From Candidatus Parcubacteria bacterium (GTDB lineage Bacteria; Patescibacteriota; Patescibacteriia; UBA1558; GWA2-36-10): DNA of 64,000 bases. Made by a program: the position numbers and the translations under genes. This document shows, piece after piece, positions 20,401 to 30,182 of this stretch (positions are counted from its first letter, which is position 1; each line of letters opens with the position of its first letter). The notes under the pieces were generated by a model. It was not told the origin of the DNA, ran no database searches, and was given only the letters and a program-made list of their open reading frames with translations. The stretch covers positions 3,022 to 67,021 of the forward strand of contig JABJNO010000025.1 in the NCBI GenBank assembly GCA_018664825.1, in the 5' to 3' direction.

Positions 20401-23400
20401 GAAGGCAACGATACAACTGGTTACCAGATTATTACTAGAGATTTATTGGGTAGTGAAGTAGTTACTTTTCTTCCAGATGGAGTAGCTCCATGTACAAATA
20501 TTGCCCCAGGAGGCAATGTTTGCCAGGACACTATCGGTGTTCCTGCGATTTGTGGTGACGAAACTCCAGCTGATCCAACCGATGATCCAGATGTTGATCC
20601 AAATTGTCGTGAATATTTTGATACTACTGGACGTTCATATTTCCGTTTTCAAGACAGAGTTATTTATGCAGACAATGATTGTCATGACTATAAGAGGACT
20701 TCTACTGGGCAAATATACAAAGCTATCCCTAGTAGGAGCATTGCTTGTTCAGCCGAAAACGATGGCTGTCGCTCATACTATGGTAACGCAGCTAATAATT
20801 TGAGAGAAATTTTCTCAGATAATTTTGAGGTGGATATGTACTATTGGGAGGATGCCGCAGGACCAGCGCTTGCGTTGTCTCAGGAGTCACTGAATGACGG
20901 AGGGCAATCTTTGAGAACTCAAACAGGTGGAGTGATATTCAAAGATTTACTTGCTGCTGGTGCTCAGGTATACAATGAAAAAGAATATGAACTTTCTTTC
21001 TGGATGAGGGCAAACGCACCTTTGTCTGATATGCAGGCTAGCCTTCTTGCGAATGATGGAGCCAATCCTTTGGTTATTGTTCCTATGGTAGATCCAGCGG
21101 ATGCCAACTTTAGAAATATTGGAGGAGGCACTTGGAATTATTATACTACCTCTGTATATGTAGATACCCTTAATATTGATTTAAACAATCTTGTAGATTT
21201 ACAGTTGAGACTTTCCTTTAATGGGGGGATAGTGGATGATATTTTCTTGGACAATGTTACGATGAGAGAAGTGTATACTCATCTAGCGGTTGTAAAAGAT
21301 TCTTGGGACACTCCAGTGTCTTGTGATACCCCATACGAAGGTTATCATCTAGGTTGTCAATCTTATATAGATACAAATGGAGCACCTTATAACTTAAAAT
21401 CGTTTTCACACCTATGTAGAGAAGAGGCGATAGGTTGTGCTCCGGCGATTGATACTCAAAACTCAACTTATCCTTTTAGTGAGGAATTCAACACGGGTGA
21501 TTTATCACGTATTACCGTACCAGCAGACAGCTTGACTTTCTTGGTGCCAAATTCTGAAAATTATTGTCCGGAAAATTATAAGGGTTGTAGTGCCCTGGGC
21601 TTGCCTGATGATTCTCTCAATCCATCTTCTTTTGAGACTGTCTACAAAATGAATGACCCAGACGCATACGGAGCTACTTTGTGTGAATTTGAGGGTCTGG
21701 ACTGCGAAGAGTTTAATTCAGCCAAAGGTACGTATTATTTCAAGATTATTTCAGAGCAAGGCAGCTGTAGTTATTTACAAAATGTTTTGATAAATGACGG
21801 CTCAAATGATCAATTGATAAATGGTTGGTTCAATAATTTTTCTATTGCAAATGATACAAATATTGGTTGTTCTGATGATGGAGATGGCACAATAGAACAA
21901 TCAGATTATGACTTTATCTGGGACCATTGTACTGGTCATCCAGATGTCCACACAGAACAAGAATGTACGGTTGGTGGATGGTTTTGGGAAAATAGCCAAA
22001 CAGCCGCTTCTTGTCCACCAGACAGAGATATGTGTACAGCTTTTAGAGATCCACAAGATCCAGTTGGTTGTGATCCAAACATCCAAGATAGAAATATAGA
22101 AGGGTACTGTAGTGATTTTGCGCATACTGATGAAAGTGCTTGTCGTTCAAATGGTGAGACCTGGACTCCTGCTTGTGATGAATATTATTATTATAAAAAC
22201 GATAAAATAGACGAGACTTCTTGCAACGGTCAAGTCGATAGAAATAGTGGCTGTATATTATTGGCAGATGCCAATAATTGGAATGGCGAGCATTCAGAAG
22301 TAGCTTTGTATTATGATAGTAATCAAAGTTATGATCTAAATGTATCTAGAAATCAGCCATACAGTCCGACTACTTGTAATCCTGATATTGATCCAACGTG
22401 TACTTTGGATGCAAATCTTTTGGTCAGAGCCTCAAAGGACAGGCAATGCGCCGAATGGCTAACTTGTAAATCGTCTACCGCAGTGTTCAATAAACAAACA
22501 AATGATTATGATTTGATTTGTGATGGCCTTGATTCTTGTGTTGAATTTGACGATGACGACACTAGCCTTACTAGTTGTAAAAAATGGGCAGATTATAATG
22601 AGACCAATACAGAGGCTTTGACGGCAGAGGTATACCAAACTCGAACTACTGGTAGGTACAACCATCTGGATTGGAGTGATTTTGAATATACTGGATATGC
22701 TGTACCGGATATGCTACCACCTAGTGAATTGGTTACTTACAATTTTGGTGACGAGGATAATCCAGAACCACGTTTGACTTATAGTGTTTGGGATAGCGTG
22801 GCTATCAATACAAGATTTTATGATGCTTGTGTGATCGCCTCTGATCCTGCTCAGCCACTAAATGACGCTGTTTGTACAGCTGAAATATCTGGGGAGAATT
22901 TTTATGGAGATTGTGAAGATGGTATTTGCTGGGTAAACCCAATGGCTCAAAACACTGATATAGATCAATTTCAAGTAGAAACTAGAGGTTACGCCACACC
23001 AAGCGCTCCTTTTCCAGCAGCTATTTCTCCTGGATTGGACAAATTACAGGCTTACAGTAACGCCAATGAGTGTGACGCAGATGAAAATGGTTGTGAGGCA
23101 GCTTATGTCAAAGTGACCTATGGTGACGCTTTGGGTAGCGCTACTGTTTTCCATTATCCGAAAGGATATTCGCCTATTCCTGGTAGTATTTGTACAATGG
23201 GGCGCACTAATGCTGGAATTATATGTACTGAGAATAGTCAGTGTGATTCTGCCTCTGGTAGATTTGATGGTCAATGTGCTCAAAAGACAAAAGAAGAAAC
23301 ATTTTTCAATTGGCAGGGAGTTTGTATGGAAAAAGATAAATCAGAAACTCTAGTCAAGGATAACGAAGACAGTAATAGCTGTAATATATGGTATCCAACT

Positions 23401-26253
23401 GATAGTATAGATGGTATAAGTAGCTTATTCAACAACTTTCGTGAAGCTGGTTATCATGCTGAAGACGGTAATGATGCTTTATTCTGTGCTGTAGCTGAGC
23501 CGTTTGAATTTACTGAAGATACTTATTTTTGTGGTCATACACAAAGTACTGGAGGTCTTACTGTGTGTACGGTTTTGATAAAAGTACCAGCTGGAGCTAT
23601 GGTGAGTTTGTCAGGTATTCAAAATTATGGTGATGAGATAGTAAATGGTTACTTAAGAAACTATGCCGACCATGCCTTTGACGAGCCGATAGATTATAGT
23701 AGTGAATATTCAGGCGCAAGCTTTCCAAATGGCTTTGGTGTAGATTGGGTTGAGAAAAATGGTGTTGGTCCAGATGTATACTATAATCCAAATCAAACAA
23801 CTTCGTGTACGCACTATAATAATTATGATAGTTTGCCAGTGAGCTTTGGTGATGGATATGACTCATTTTTCCGAGATATGGATTTTACTGATGATGATAT
23901 ACCACCGATGAATGATATTCCAGTGATTCCATTTGGCAATGTAGCTGAAGTATTCAATACCGGAGTAACTAGTAATGCCTCTGGTCCAATAGATATATAT
24001 TATTATGATGAAGAAGTTTCTGATAATGGTAATTTTTCTTATACTGCCGGTATTTTGGTACCTGGTGCTGAGCGTTATCATTACGGAATAAGTACTATAT
24101 ATGATGGTAATGTAGTGGCCGATGTTGGCAAGAGCTGTGAAGACAAATGTAGAAATGATTGGGGTGTTTTCTATTGTCCTGACGGCTGGCACGAATCTCT
24201 ACTAAGGAGAAAATACACAGGTTCAAAATGTAAAACATGGGGACCTCGTGAACATTGGAGTTTCCGTTATTGTAATCCAGGCGACCATAACTATTATGTA
24301 AAGGCAGAATATCCACCAACTATGGCACCACCAGCTCAGTGTTCTGAATATGATTGTGGCGCAGCCAATAAAGGACTTAGTTGTTTACATACACCTGGTA
24401 GTACATATAATGACATGTTAACCGCAGTTATTGGCTCTTCCTATAGTTGGATGCTTCCGGTTGATATTGATCCGAATCCAATGGTCACTACTTATAGAGA
24501 TAGATTACCTATACCTAATATGGCATTGGCTGGATTACCTCAATATTGTTATAATAATCCAAACTGTCTATATATATATTGTGTAGAAAGAGCTAGTGTA
24601 TCAAATGATTATTGTAGTGAATTTGGTGAAATAAGAGAAAATACAAATGCAGATGGTGTGGTCACTAGTATTAGTATTATCGAATGTCTGGACAATCTTT
24701 ATGAAACAGACCCTGAAAATGGCGTTCAAGCATTCAAGGTAAAAGATGACACTGATAACGTAGATCCAAACCTTGGCTGGCCACTGGCTATTGACTTAGG
24801 TCTTTTGGATCAAGCCTATAATACAGATTTTGCTTGTTATAATGTATCAAATTCAACCAATCCAATATACGATGGTAGTATTAATAACGAGCTGACATGT
24901 AACAACACATTAAATAGATCTTGGCTAAACAGGGGCTCAGTACAGCCTGCCTTTATGGGTTGCCTGGAGTCTGATGTGGGCGTAGACTGCTCTACTAATT
25001 TTGCAATGGCCCCTGCCAATAGATGCTATTGGTGGAGAAGAGGAAATTGGATAGCTCCATACTATTGTAGTTCTGTCTATGCTACCACGAGAGATGGTGC
25101 AGATTGTACGGGTCTGGAATGTTTCCAACAATGTAGGATAGTGACTGAGCTTGATTCAGAGGGTGATAGGTCTTATGTGCGTACTGATATTTGGTGGAGA
25201 AACGAAGAAAGTACTACTCGTTTAGTGACAGACAACTGGACTTCCTATTATTATCACAACAATACTATTGGTTATGGAGTAGCCAATGGTAATGTAGATT
25301 GGGACAACATCAATGATAATGCAATTCCAGATGAGTTTGGTGATCCGGGTTCATTTGATACTTTTGGTGCTGCTAAGAATAGTATAGGAGATCAAAAATT
25401 ATTTGCTCGAGCACCACTTGATAGTACAAATAATTTTTCAGAGTACTTGACTGCTCACTTCTTTAGTTTTGTATCTGGTACTCCAGAGCCAGTTGTTGAT
25501 GCTTATGCTTTGGCCGAAGATCAGATGGAGTATCTATTTTTCAGAACCTTTAATTTTGAATGGAGATGGGACTTACTCACTAGTCAATATACATATATTG
25601 AGCCAGATACTGCGTACTCTGTAAATTTACGTACTGTAGAGATGCCAAACGGAAACAACAACAATCCATTTGCCGGGGCAGAGTTTGACCCGGTTGTGTA
25701 CAAGAGTTGTGAAAACAAGCTATGTCCAATCACAGATTTGGCAGGAGAGATCCAAAGCTATGAGCACGGTATCACGGTCAATAACTCAAATGTCGGTAGA
25801 ATAAATGGACACGAGTCATTGTTTGTGTCTACCAAGTTTTTCTATTATGCTCACCCGGATCATATGCCTATCGTAGATGTGGGAGTGGTTTGGGGTGATC
25901 AGGATGTCAATCTTGTTTCATCAAATCCTGGTAAATATAAAAATAGTTTGGAAACCTGTGATCCTAATTGGATGGCAAGTCCACCAACAGGCTTTGTCCT
26001 TGGATTTGGTGGTACCGTGGGTGCTTGTCAGGTAGGCTATAAAGTATTTTACAATGATTATGCATATGATGCAGATCCACATGATCCTACAGTAGGACAT
26101 CCTTGTAATGGCGCTACTTATGATATAGCTGCTGGGCCAACTCCAGCTATCAGTGATGCTTCTTGTTTCCGCCCAGGTATTAGAGTAGAGGATAGATGGG
26201 GTCGTGAAACTACAGCTTATTATGATGATTGGATAGTTATCCATAGAAATTAA
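17431..26253 (+). CDS. Giant (2940 aa) exported Cys-rich protein with two carbohydrate-binding-like beta-sandwich segments
   Basis: N-terminal signal/TM; many C-x(n)-GC motifs; segments NLVANAGFN..WFDNIKVE and FSDNFE..YELSFWMR..FLDNVTMRE resemble CBM4_9-type domains. Confidence 0.8.
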   Translation: MKSYKKILLLIIAILLAVTLIFPRLTRSQFATVDQPSTLGNIWNKVETAYDKIQGIVGAELANRTFEMFFNSLAYDVATELAEGGAGGKPQFRTKTIGEYMGNAGGAAVGEFIGTLSEQAFEDLRVNLCSPNALSVKLTLSLSLIDEEAPPKPACDWRRIQRDWGDFADNLSADLIKFQLDPKRGATSTRAFFQSFTMEQSDYGAYAILFQKKEEKKEEAIDASKLSAEECQGYLDKATPITDEVITHCSVTQSMSTMQWFMSWSAQSQKQWEKKNAATSKKLGTILKDAAGKFYSTFTSKLMNNWIKKGMWSLYDLFDGNGGGKYRKGLIEALRGDSNIRQPRNADIFKEFKKIEIVKLDDYSFMDDFSICPPEKDLRKPDNCVIGTDFVQAINSKKTLNEAIAEGLIDPKTPLISPEDLNKNTSDNCYKDSLCYKDLIKLRKTNVIPIGWEIAAQRSSVASPVSLAEAIECFEDAPNSNCIHDTTAVYDINGVPHNPFYHLVDGDWVLKAPKSSCEALVYAPVLESSQSTNRQQYCADMTVCLREDENGNCLDGQYGYCTKSENIWRFRGDMCDDGDIYNGCLTFESNYVDDPGSFIESSLEYCSADQAGCKRYSQEVTNSGEWSLGVIYVDPNDLYLNRREESCNEEFAGCSEYIVLAPNRGVNLVANAGFNNMDGDSDVPFPDGRPDGWIDLATGEDSDGVEYDGDRIANGYPWGGSPHAGTESLYQTIPLVENTTYRISASAGRYNNAVASSGRISILLCDVTGNCANNSLAKPLADGGDCTIPNPGDNNPNLTIFPPASGEMERASCSFTTNSAEIGEAQLYVVSNGSNASWFDNIKVEVVGGPEMAASSYTEYGVGGVVYMSGSTFMCEREEVGCQGYTPVNGGPMVPGTISEGDLCPNECVGYSTFAQQPNIYDIMEDPASNPPVEYYNFIPDTANSCPDSEIGCEEFTNLDEVAQGGEGREYYSFLRQCVEQDLAATFFTWEGNDTTGYQIITRDLLGSEVVTFLPDGVAPCTNIAPGGNVCQDTIGVPAICGDETPADPTDDPDVDPNCREYFDTTGRSYFRFQDRVIYADNDCHDYKRTSTGQIYKAIPSRSIACSAENDGCRSYYGNAANNLREIFSDNFEVDMYYWEDAAGPALALSQESLNDGGQSLRTQTGGVIFKDLLAAGAQVYNEKEYELSFWMRANAPLSDMQASLLANDGANPLVIVPMVDPADANFRNIGGGTWNYYTTSVYVDTLNIDLNNLVDLQLRLSFNGGIVDDIFLDNVTMREVYTHLAVVKDSWDTPVSCDTPYEGYHLGCQSYIDTNGAPYNLKSFSHLCREEAIGCAPAIDTQNSTYPFSEEFNTGDLSRITVPADSLTFLVPNSENYCPENYKGCSALGLPDDSLNPSSFETVYKMNDPDAYGATLCEFEGLDCEEFNSAKGTYYFKIISEQGSCSYLQNVLINDGSNDQLINGWFNNFSIANDTNIGCSDDGDGTIEQSDYDFIWDHCTGHPDVHTEQECTVGGWFWENSQTAASCPPDRDMCTAFRDPQDPVGCDPNIQDRNIEGYCSDFAHTDESACRSNGETWTPACDEYYYYKNDKIDETSCNGQVDRNSGCILLADANNWNGEHSEVALYYDSNQSYDLNVSRNQPYSPTTCNPDIDPTCTLDANLLVRASKDRQCAEWLTCKSSTAVFNKQTNDYDLICDGLDSCVEFDDDDTSLTSCKKWADYNETNTEALTAEVYQTRTTGRYNHLDWSDFEYTGYAVPDMLPPSELVTYNFGDEDNPEPRLTYSVWDSVAINTRFYDACVIASDPAQPLNDAVCTAEISGENFYGDCEDGICWVNPMAQNTDIDQFQVETRGYATPSAPFPAAISPGLDKLQAYSNANECDADENGCEAAYVKVTYGDALGSATVFHYPKGYSPIPGSICTMGRTNAGIICTENSQCDSASGRFDGQCAQKTKEETFFNWQGVCMEKDKSETLVKDNEDSNSCNIWYPTDSIDGISSLFNNFREAGYHAEDGNDALFCAVAEPFEFTEDTYFCGHTQSTGGLTVCTVLIKVPAGAMVSLSGIQNYGDEIVNGYLRNYADHAFDEPIDYSSEYSGASFPNGFGVDWVEKNGVGPDVYYNPNQTTSCTHYNNYDSLPVSFGDGYDSFFRDMDFTDDDIPPMNDIPVIPFGNVAEVFNTGVTSNASGPIDIYYYDEEVSDNGNFSYTAGILVPGAERYHYGISTIYDGNVVADVGKSCEDKCRNDWGVFYCPDGWHESLLRRKYTGSKCKTWGPREHWSFRYCNPGDHNYYVKAEYPPTMAPPAQCSEYDCGAANKGLSCLHTPGSTYNDMLTAVIGSSYSWMLPVDIDPNPMVTTYRDRLPIPNMALAGLPQYCYNNPNCLYIYCVERASVSNDYCSEFGEIRENTNADGVVTSISIIECLDNLYETDPENGVQAFKVKDDTDNVDPNLGWPLAIDLGLLDQAYNTDFACYNVSNSTNPIYDGSINNELTCNNTLNRSWLNRGSVQPAFMGCLESDVGVDCSTNFAMAPANRCYWWRRGNWIAPYYCSSVYATTRDGADCTGLECFQQCRIVTELDSEGDRSYVRTDIWWRNEESTTRLVTDNWTSYYYHNNTIGYGVANGNVDWDNINDNAIPDEFGDPGSFDTFGAAKNSIGDQKLFARAPLDSTNNFSEYLTAHFFSFVSGTPEPVVDAYALAEDQMEYLFFRTFNFEWRWDLLTSQYTYIEPDTAYSVNLRTVEMPNGNNNNPFAGAEFDPVVYKSCENKLCPITDLAGEIQSYEHGITVNNSNVGRINGHESLFVSTKFFYYAHPDHMPIVDVGVVWGDQDVNLVSSNPGKYKNSLETCDPNWMASPPTGFVLGFGGTVGACQVGYKVFYNDYAYDADPHDPTVGHPCNGATYDIAAGPTPAISDASCFRPGIRVEDRWGRETTAYYDDWIVIHRN

Positions 26254-26283
26254 TAGGGAGATAAAATTATAAATATATTAAAA

Positions 26284-28854
26284 ATGACAACACTCGAAAC
26301 TTATCCATTGGTTAAAAAACCATTCAAGAAAATTACAGCCAATAAATTTTGGATCGCCTCCATGGTTTTTGCTGTTGTATTATTGTTGCCCCAAGTTGTT
26401 TCGGCGGGTATGGGAGACAAAATAGCAGTGGGAATTGGACAAATAGTGTACTACATAGGAGTTGCTTTTCCAGCTTGGATTTTGATGATAGAGCTAAAGT
26501 TATTGCCAATGATTGGTCAATACAACGACTTTACCCGTGAAAATGGTGTAGTGGTAGGTTGGACTGCTTTACGAGATTTGGCCAATATGTTTTTTATACT
26601 TATTTTACTCATTATTTCCTTTGCTACTATTTTGCGTATTGATCGTTTTGGTTATCGTCAGTTGTTGTCAAAGTTGATTATTATGGCTGTACTGATCAAT
26701 TTTAGTATGACCATAACTGGTCTACTGATTGATTTTTCGCAGGTAATAATGCTTACTTTTATTGATGCCGTAAAAGACGTGACAGCTGGAAATATTATGG
26801 TATCCCTAGGTTTGGGAAGTATTACGTCTTTTGGTGAACAAACAGGTAGTGTCCAAGGGATAGATTTTTTAAAGGCAGTACTTTTGGGATCAGTCATGAT
26901 GGTGATTGCTGTGGTTGTAGTAGCCGCTTTTATGCTTGTATTGACTGCTAGGATTGTAAAATTATGGATTCTAATAGTAGTTTCTCCGATGGTATTTTTG
27001 GCTTATGCTTTTCCTCTTACAGAAAAATATTATAGTCAGTGGGTAGATGAGCTTACCAAGCAGTTGATTTCTGGTCCGACCTTGGCATTTTTCTTGTGGC
27101 TTTCTTTTACTATTGTAGGTAGTGGGAATGTATCTGACAATTTTACAAAATATGCTCCACCGGGTGACAATGGCTCAGAGATAAGTGCAGCAGCTAGTAC
27201 GCCAAATATTGTAAATTATGTGATTAGTATATCTATGTTGGTAGGCGCCTTGGGATTTGCAGCCCAACAAAATAGCGCCGCCGCTGCTTTGTCAAACAAA
27301 TTTAAATCTGGTTCAAAGAAGCTTGGTGGAATGGCAGCTAAGCGTGTTTGGCAAGGTGGAAGATCTGCAGGTGGTGCAGGTGGCGTCAAAGGCGCATTTG
27401 TTTCTGCAGGTGGTGTGGTTGCGGGTAAACTCAGGGGACTTGGTGTTGGTATGCAAGGTAAAGATAAAGATGGTAACGATAAAAAAGGTAAGGGCAATGC
27501 TGTTCTTAGGAAGGTTCTTGGTGGTGCGGGTCGTAAGGCCGAAAGGGCTGGCATAGAAGGCGAGGCACACTCGGCTGCCGCAGCTTCTACTCGAGACAAA
27601 GGAATGCAAGAGGCGATGAAGAATATGAATCCAGCTCAGCAAAAAAGATATCTTGAGTTAAAAGGTGGAGACAAGGAATCTGGTGCAGCAAAAGGAAGGT
27701 TTAGTGGAGGTGATTCTGCTAGACGTCTTATGATTCAGATGAACATGGATTCTGGACACTATGATACAGATGCTGGTGCTGAACAAGTGCAAGATGATTA
27801 CAAATTTTTAGAAGAGAGAGGTGGTATGGAGTCTCACGAAACAATGAAAAAAATGAAATCAAAGTACGCTGTTTTGGATGATTCTAGTGAGGCTGACATA
27901 GCCAAGGACATTGCTACTGGTAAAGTAGAATCAGTTGACTTTAGTGGATGGCAGATGCCCGATGGAAGTATAAATACTAACGCCAGGAAGAAAATGGATG
28001 CTTTGGTAGATGGTATGGATTCAAAAGATTTACAGGCTTTGTTTGATAGGATGAACAAGCGCCAGCAAGATGCTTTCAAGGATGTGATGGCGAATATGGA
28101 GGCTCAGGATATAGGCTTGACCAAGGGAGTCAATGCTGATGGATCTACCAAAGAAGATGATAAAACACACAAAGCTAGAATGTTTATGATGAATAATGAT
28201 GCCAAGGGTTCTACGGCTTTATTTGATAAAATTGCAGCCAAAATCGGAGCTACTGGCACAAGCTCAGCTGATAAACTTAAATTCGAAAAAACGCGTGATA
28301 GCTTGGCAACTGCTAGAAGTGGTACCAAGTTTGATACTTCAACTTTACTCAAAGCAGATGCCGGCTCTTCATACGTGACGTCGATGGCAGGTTTATTGAC
28401 CGCTGGTCAATTGGGTACCGTAGCTAGTGAAGGTACCAGGGAGCAGAGACAGGCAGTTGTTGACGAACATATTACGGGTGGAGGACAACATTTATCTACT
28501 ATTTTAGCCAACAAACCCTTGGGAGACCTTATCAATGAAACAACTATACAACAAAATTTTAAAAATCAAATAGATGCTGCGCCTGATCCAGCAGTAATGG
28601 CCACAAAGTTGGCCAAGGGTAATTTGAATTTTGCTCAACAGGTATATCCTGATCCAAAAGACTTGGCTAAATTTATCAATGATAATCTAAAAGTTGATGA
28701 GGCAGTAAAGATAGATACATCAGAACTAAAAAAAGCCTGGGTGCATCTAGATGTTGCTATGCAAACTGCCCTTGAAAAGAAGGGTGTTACTGGCCCTGGC
28801 GGCTCTAGTGGTTCTGGTGGTGGCGGAGCAAATACAGGTGGAGGTGGTATATAA
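26284..28854 (+). CDS. VirB6/TrbL-like polytopic membrane protein with a long cytoplasmic tail
   Basis: GWTALRDLANMFF..LIIMAVLINFS..ARIVKLWILIVVSPMVF..W; Gly/Ala-rich linker after the TM region. Confidence 0.75.
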   Translation: MTTLETYPLVKKPFKKITANKFWIASMVFAVVLLLPQVVSAGMGDKIAVGIGQIVYYIGVAFPAWILMIELKLLPMIGQYNDFTRENGVVVGWTALRDLANMFFILILLIISFATILRIDRFGYRQLLSKLIIMAVLINFSMTITGLLIDFSQVIMLTFIDAVKDVTAGNIMVSLGLGSITSFGEQTGSVQGIDFLKAVLLGSVMMVIAVVVVAAFMLVLTARIVKLWILIVVSPMVFLAYAFPLTEKYYSQWVDELTKQLISGPTLAFFLWLSFTIVGSGNVSDNFTKYAPPGDNGSEISAAASTPNIVNYVISISMLVGALGFAAQQNSAAAALSNKFKSGSKKLGGMAAKRVWQGGRSAGGAGGVKGAFVSAGGVVAGKLRGLGVGMQGKDKDGNDKKGKGNAVLRKVLGGAGRKAERAGIEGEAHSAAAASTRDKGMQEAMKNMNPAQQKRYLELKGGDKESGAAKGRFSGGDSARRLMIQMNMDSGHYDTDAGAEQVQDDYKFLEERGGMESHETMKKMKSKYAVLDDSSEADIAKDIATGKVESVDFSGWQMPDGSINTNARKKMDALVDGMDSKDLQALFDRMNKRQQDAFKDVMANMEAQDIGLTKGVNADGSTKEDDKTHKARMFMMNNDAKGSTALFDKIAAKIGATGTSSADKLKFEKTRDSLATARSGTKFDTSTLLKADAGSSYVTSMAGLLTAGQLGTVASEGTREQRQAVVDEHITGGGQHLSTILANKPLGDLINETTIQQNFKNQIDAAPDPAVMATKLAKGNLNFAQQVYPDPKDLAKFINDNLKVDEAVKIDTSELKKAWVHLDVAMQTALEKKGVTGPGGSSGSGGGGANTGGGGI

Positions 28855-28891
28855 ACCCACGTGAATAATAAGTTTTATTTTTGATACATAA

Positions 28892-30151
28892 ATGGAGGAC
28901 GAACTACAAAAATTACCAGTCGAGGTAAAGGAGGTTATTTTTAGTCAGGATTTTGTAAAAGCAAATAATGATATTGTTGATAAGTTTTCTTTCAATAGGG
29001 CTCAACAGGAGCTTATTTTAAGTTTGGAAGAATCTTTATTTTTAAAAAAGATCTCTCCCTTGGACTTGTCTTCTGAATTGGAGGATTTGGAGAGGGCGGA
29101 TTATTATGATTTACGAAAAGTAGGCTTAGAAATTGCTCTCAATATTTTGTGGCCATTACAAGAGTATCTCAAAACAGTGGATAGGCTTATTTTACGCTTG
29201 GGTGGTAAAGTGCCCAGATTGATTCGTCTCAAACGGACACCAGTCCAAAAAAAAGTATTTCCTGATCTCCACAAGGGCTATGTCAGGGAAATGATAAAAG
29301 AGTTTGATGATTTCAAAGATTTGAGGCTGACAGCAAAAAAAATTATAGATAAAAGTGGTAGGTTGGTAATTTCTAGTATTGATAACTGGATAAAAGATTA
29401 TATTCATTTTTTGGGAGCTGGTTATCACAACTCTTTACAACGGTCTCAGTACTTGGCCAAATCACCAAATGTCAAAGCTCTCAATTTGGCAGAAAAAGAG
29501 CTTATGCGTCATTTTATAACTTCTTATGATGACAACGTTGAGATTACCCTAGAAAACAAAAGTGGAGTATTGGTTGTAATAGAGGAGGAAGAAACTTCAA
29601 AAGAACGGGGTGTAAAAAAACCTACGGAAATAAAAATAGACAAAGTTGTTGCTAATTTGCAAAAACAATTGACTGCCCTAGAAGCTGACATTATGCCCAC
29701 TGATTTTATACTTTCAGAAGCAGAAAATGATATCAAAAAATTGGGAGATGTTTTGTGGAAGGCGGTTGGATTGCAAGATAAAAATAAAGTTCTAAGCTGT
29801 CTCAAGGTGATGGTTGAAAAAAAGTTTTTGGATAGTATGCTAGTTGAAAATAATAGGTTTAAAAATATTTTGAAAAGATTTGTAAATATCACCTATGGGA
29901 TTGAGGCCGAGAGAGGACTGTCTCAAAACAGTGACAAGTTGATTGCTAGACGTTTATTTTTGCAAATGTTATTGGCTGATAAATTGCGCCTAAAAGAACG
30001 TGAGGCAACATTGCTATCTTTTTATCTGACAAATTTGTTGCCAGGTTCGGGGCAAGTTGTATATTTGGATCAAAATGACGGTGAGCTCAAGTGGAGGGAG
30101 ATACACTCATCCGCTGGGCATCTGGCCTGGGTTGATCAAGTGACAGGATAA
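28892..30151 (+). CDS. Hypothetical helical protein
   Basis: Long ORF, coding-like, co-oriented with the VirB6-like gene. Confidence 0.7.
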   Translation: MEDELQKLPVEVKEVIFSQDFVKANNDIVDKFSFNRAQQELILSLEESLFLKKISPLDLSSELEDLERADYYDLRKVGLEIALNILWPLQEYLKTVDRLILRLGGKVPRLIRLKRTPVQKKVFPDLHKGYVREMIKEFDDFKDLRLTAKKIIDKSGRLVISSIDNWIKDYIHFLGAGYHNSLQRSQYLAKSPNVKALNLAEKELMRHFITSYDDNVEITLENKSGVLVVIEEEETSKERGVKKPTEIKIDKVVANLQKQLTALEADIMPTDFILSEAENDIKKLGDVLWKAVGLQDKNKVLSCLKVMVEKKFLDSMLVENNRFKNILKRFVNITYGIEAERGLSQNSDKLIARRLFLQMLLADKLRLKEREATLLSFYLTNLLPGSGQVVYLDQNDGELKWREIHSSAGHLAWVDQVTG

Positions 30152-30181
30152 AAAAATTCAAGCTGCTGGCTTGAATTTTTT
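30150..30181. terminator. Bidirectional terminator
   Basis: AAAAAATTCAAGC-TGCTG-GCTTGAATTTTTT between convergent genes. Confidence 0.75.
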
Positions 30182-30182
30182 G

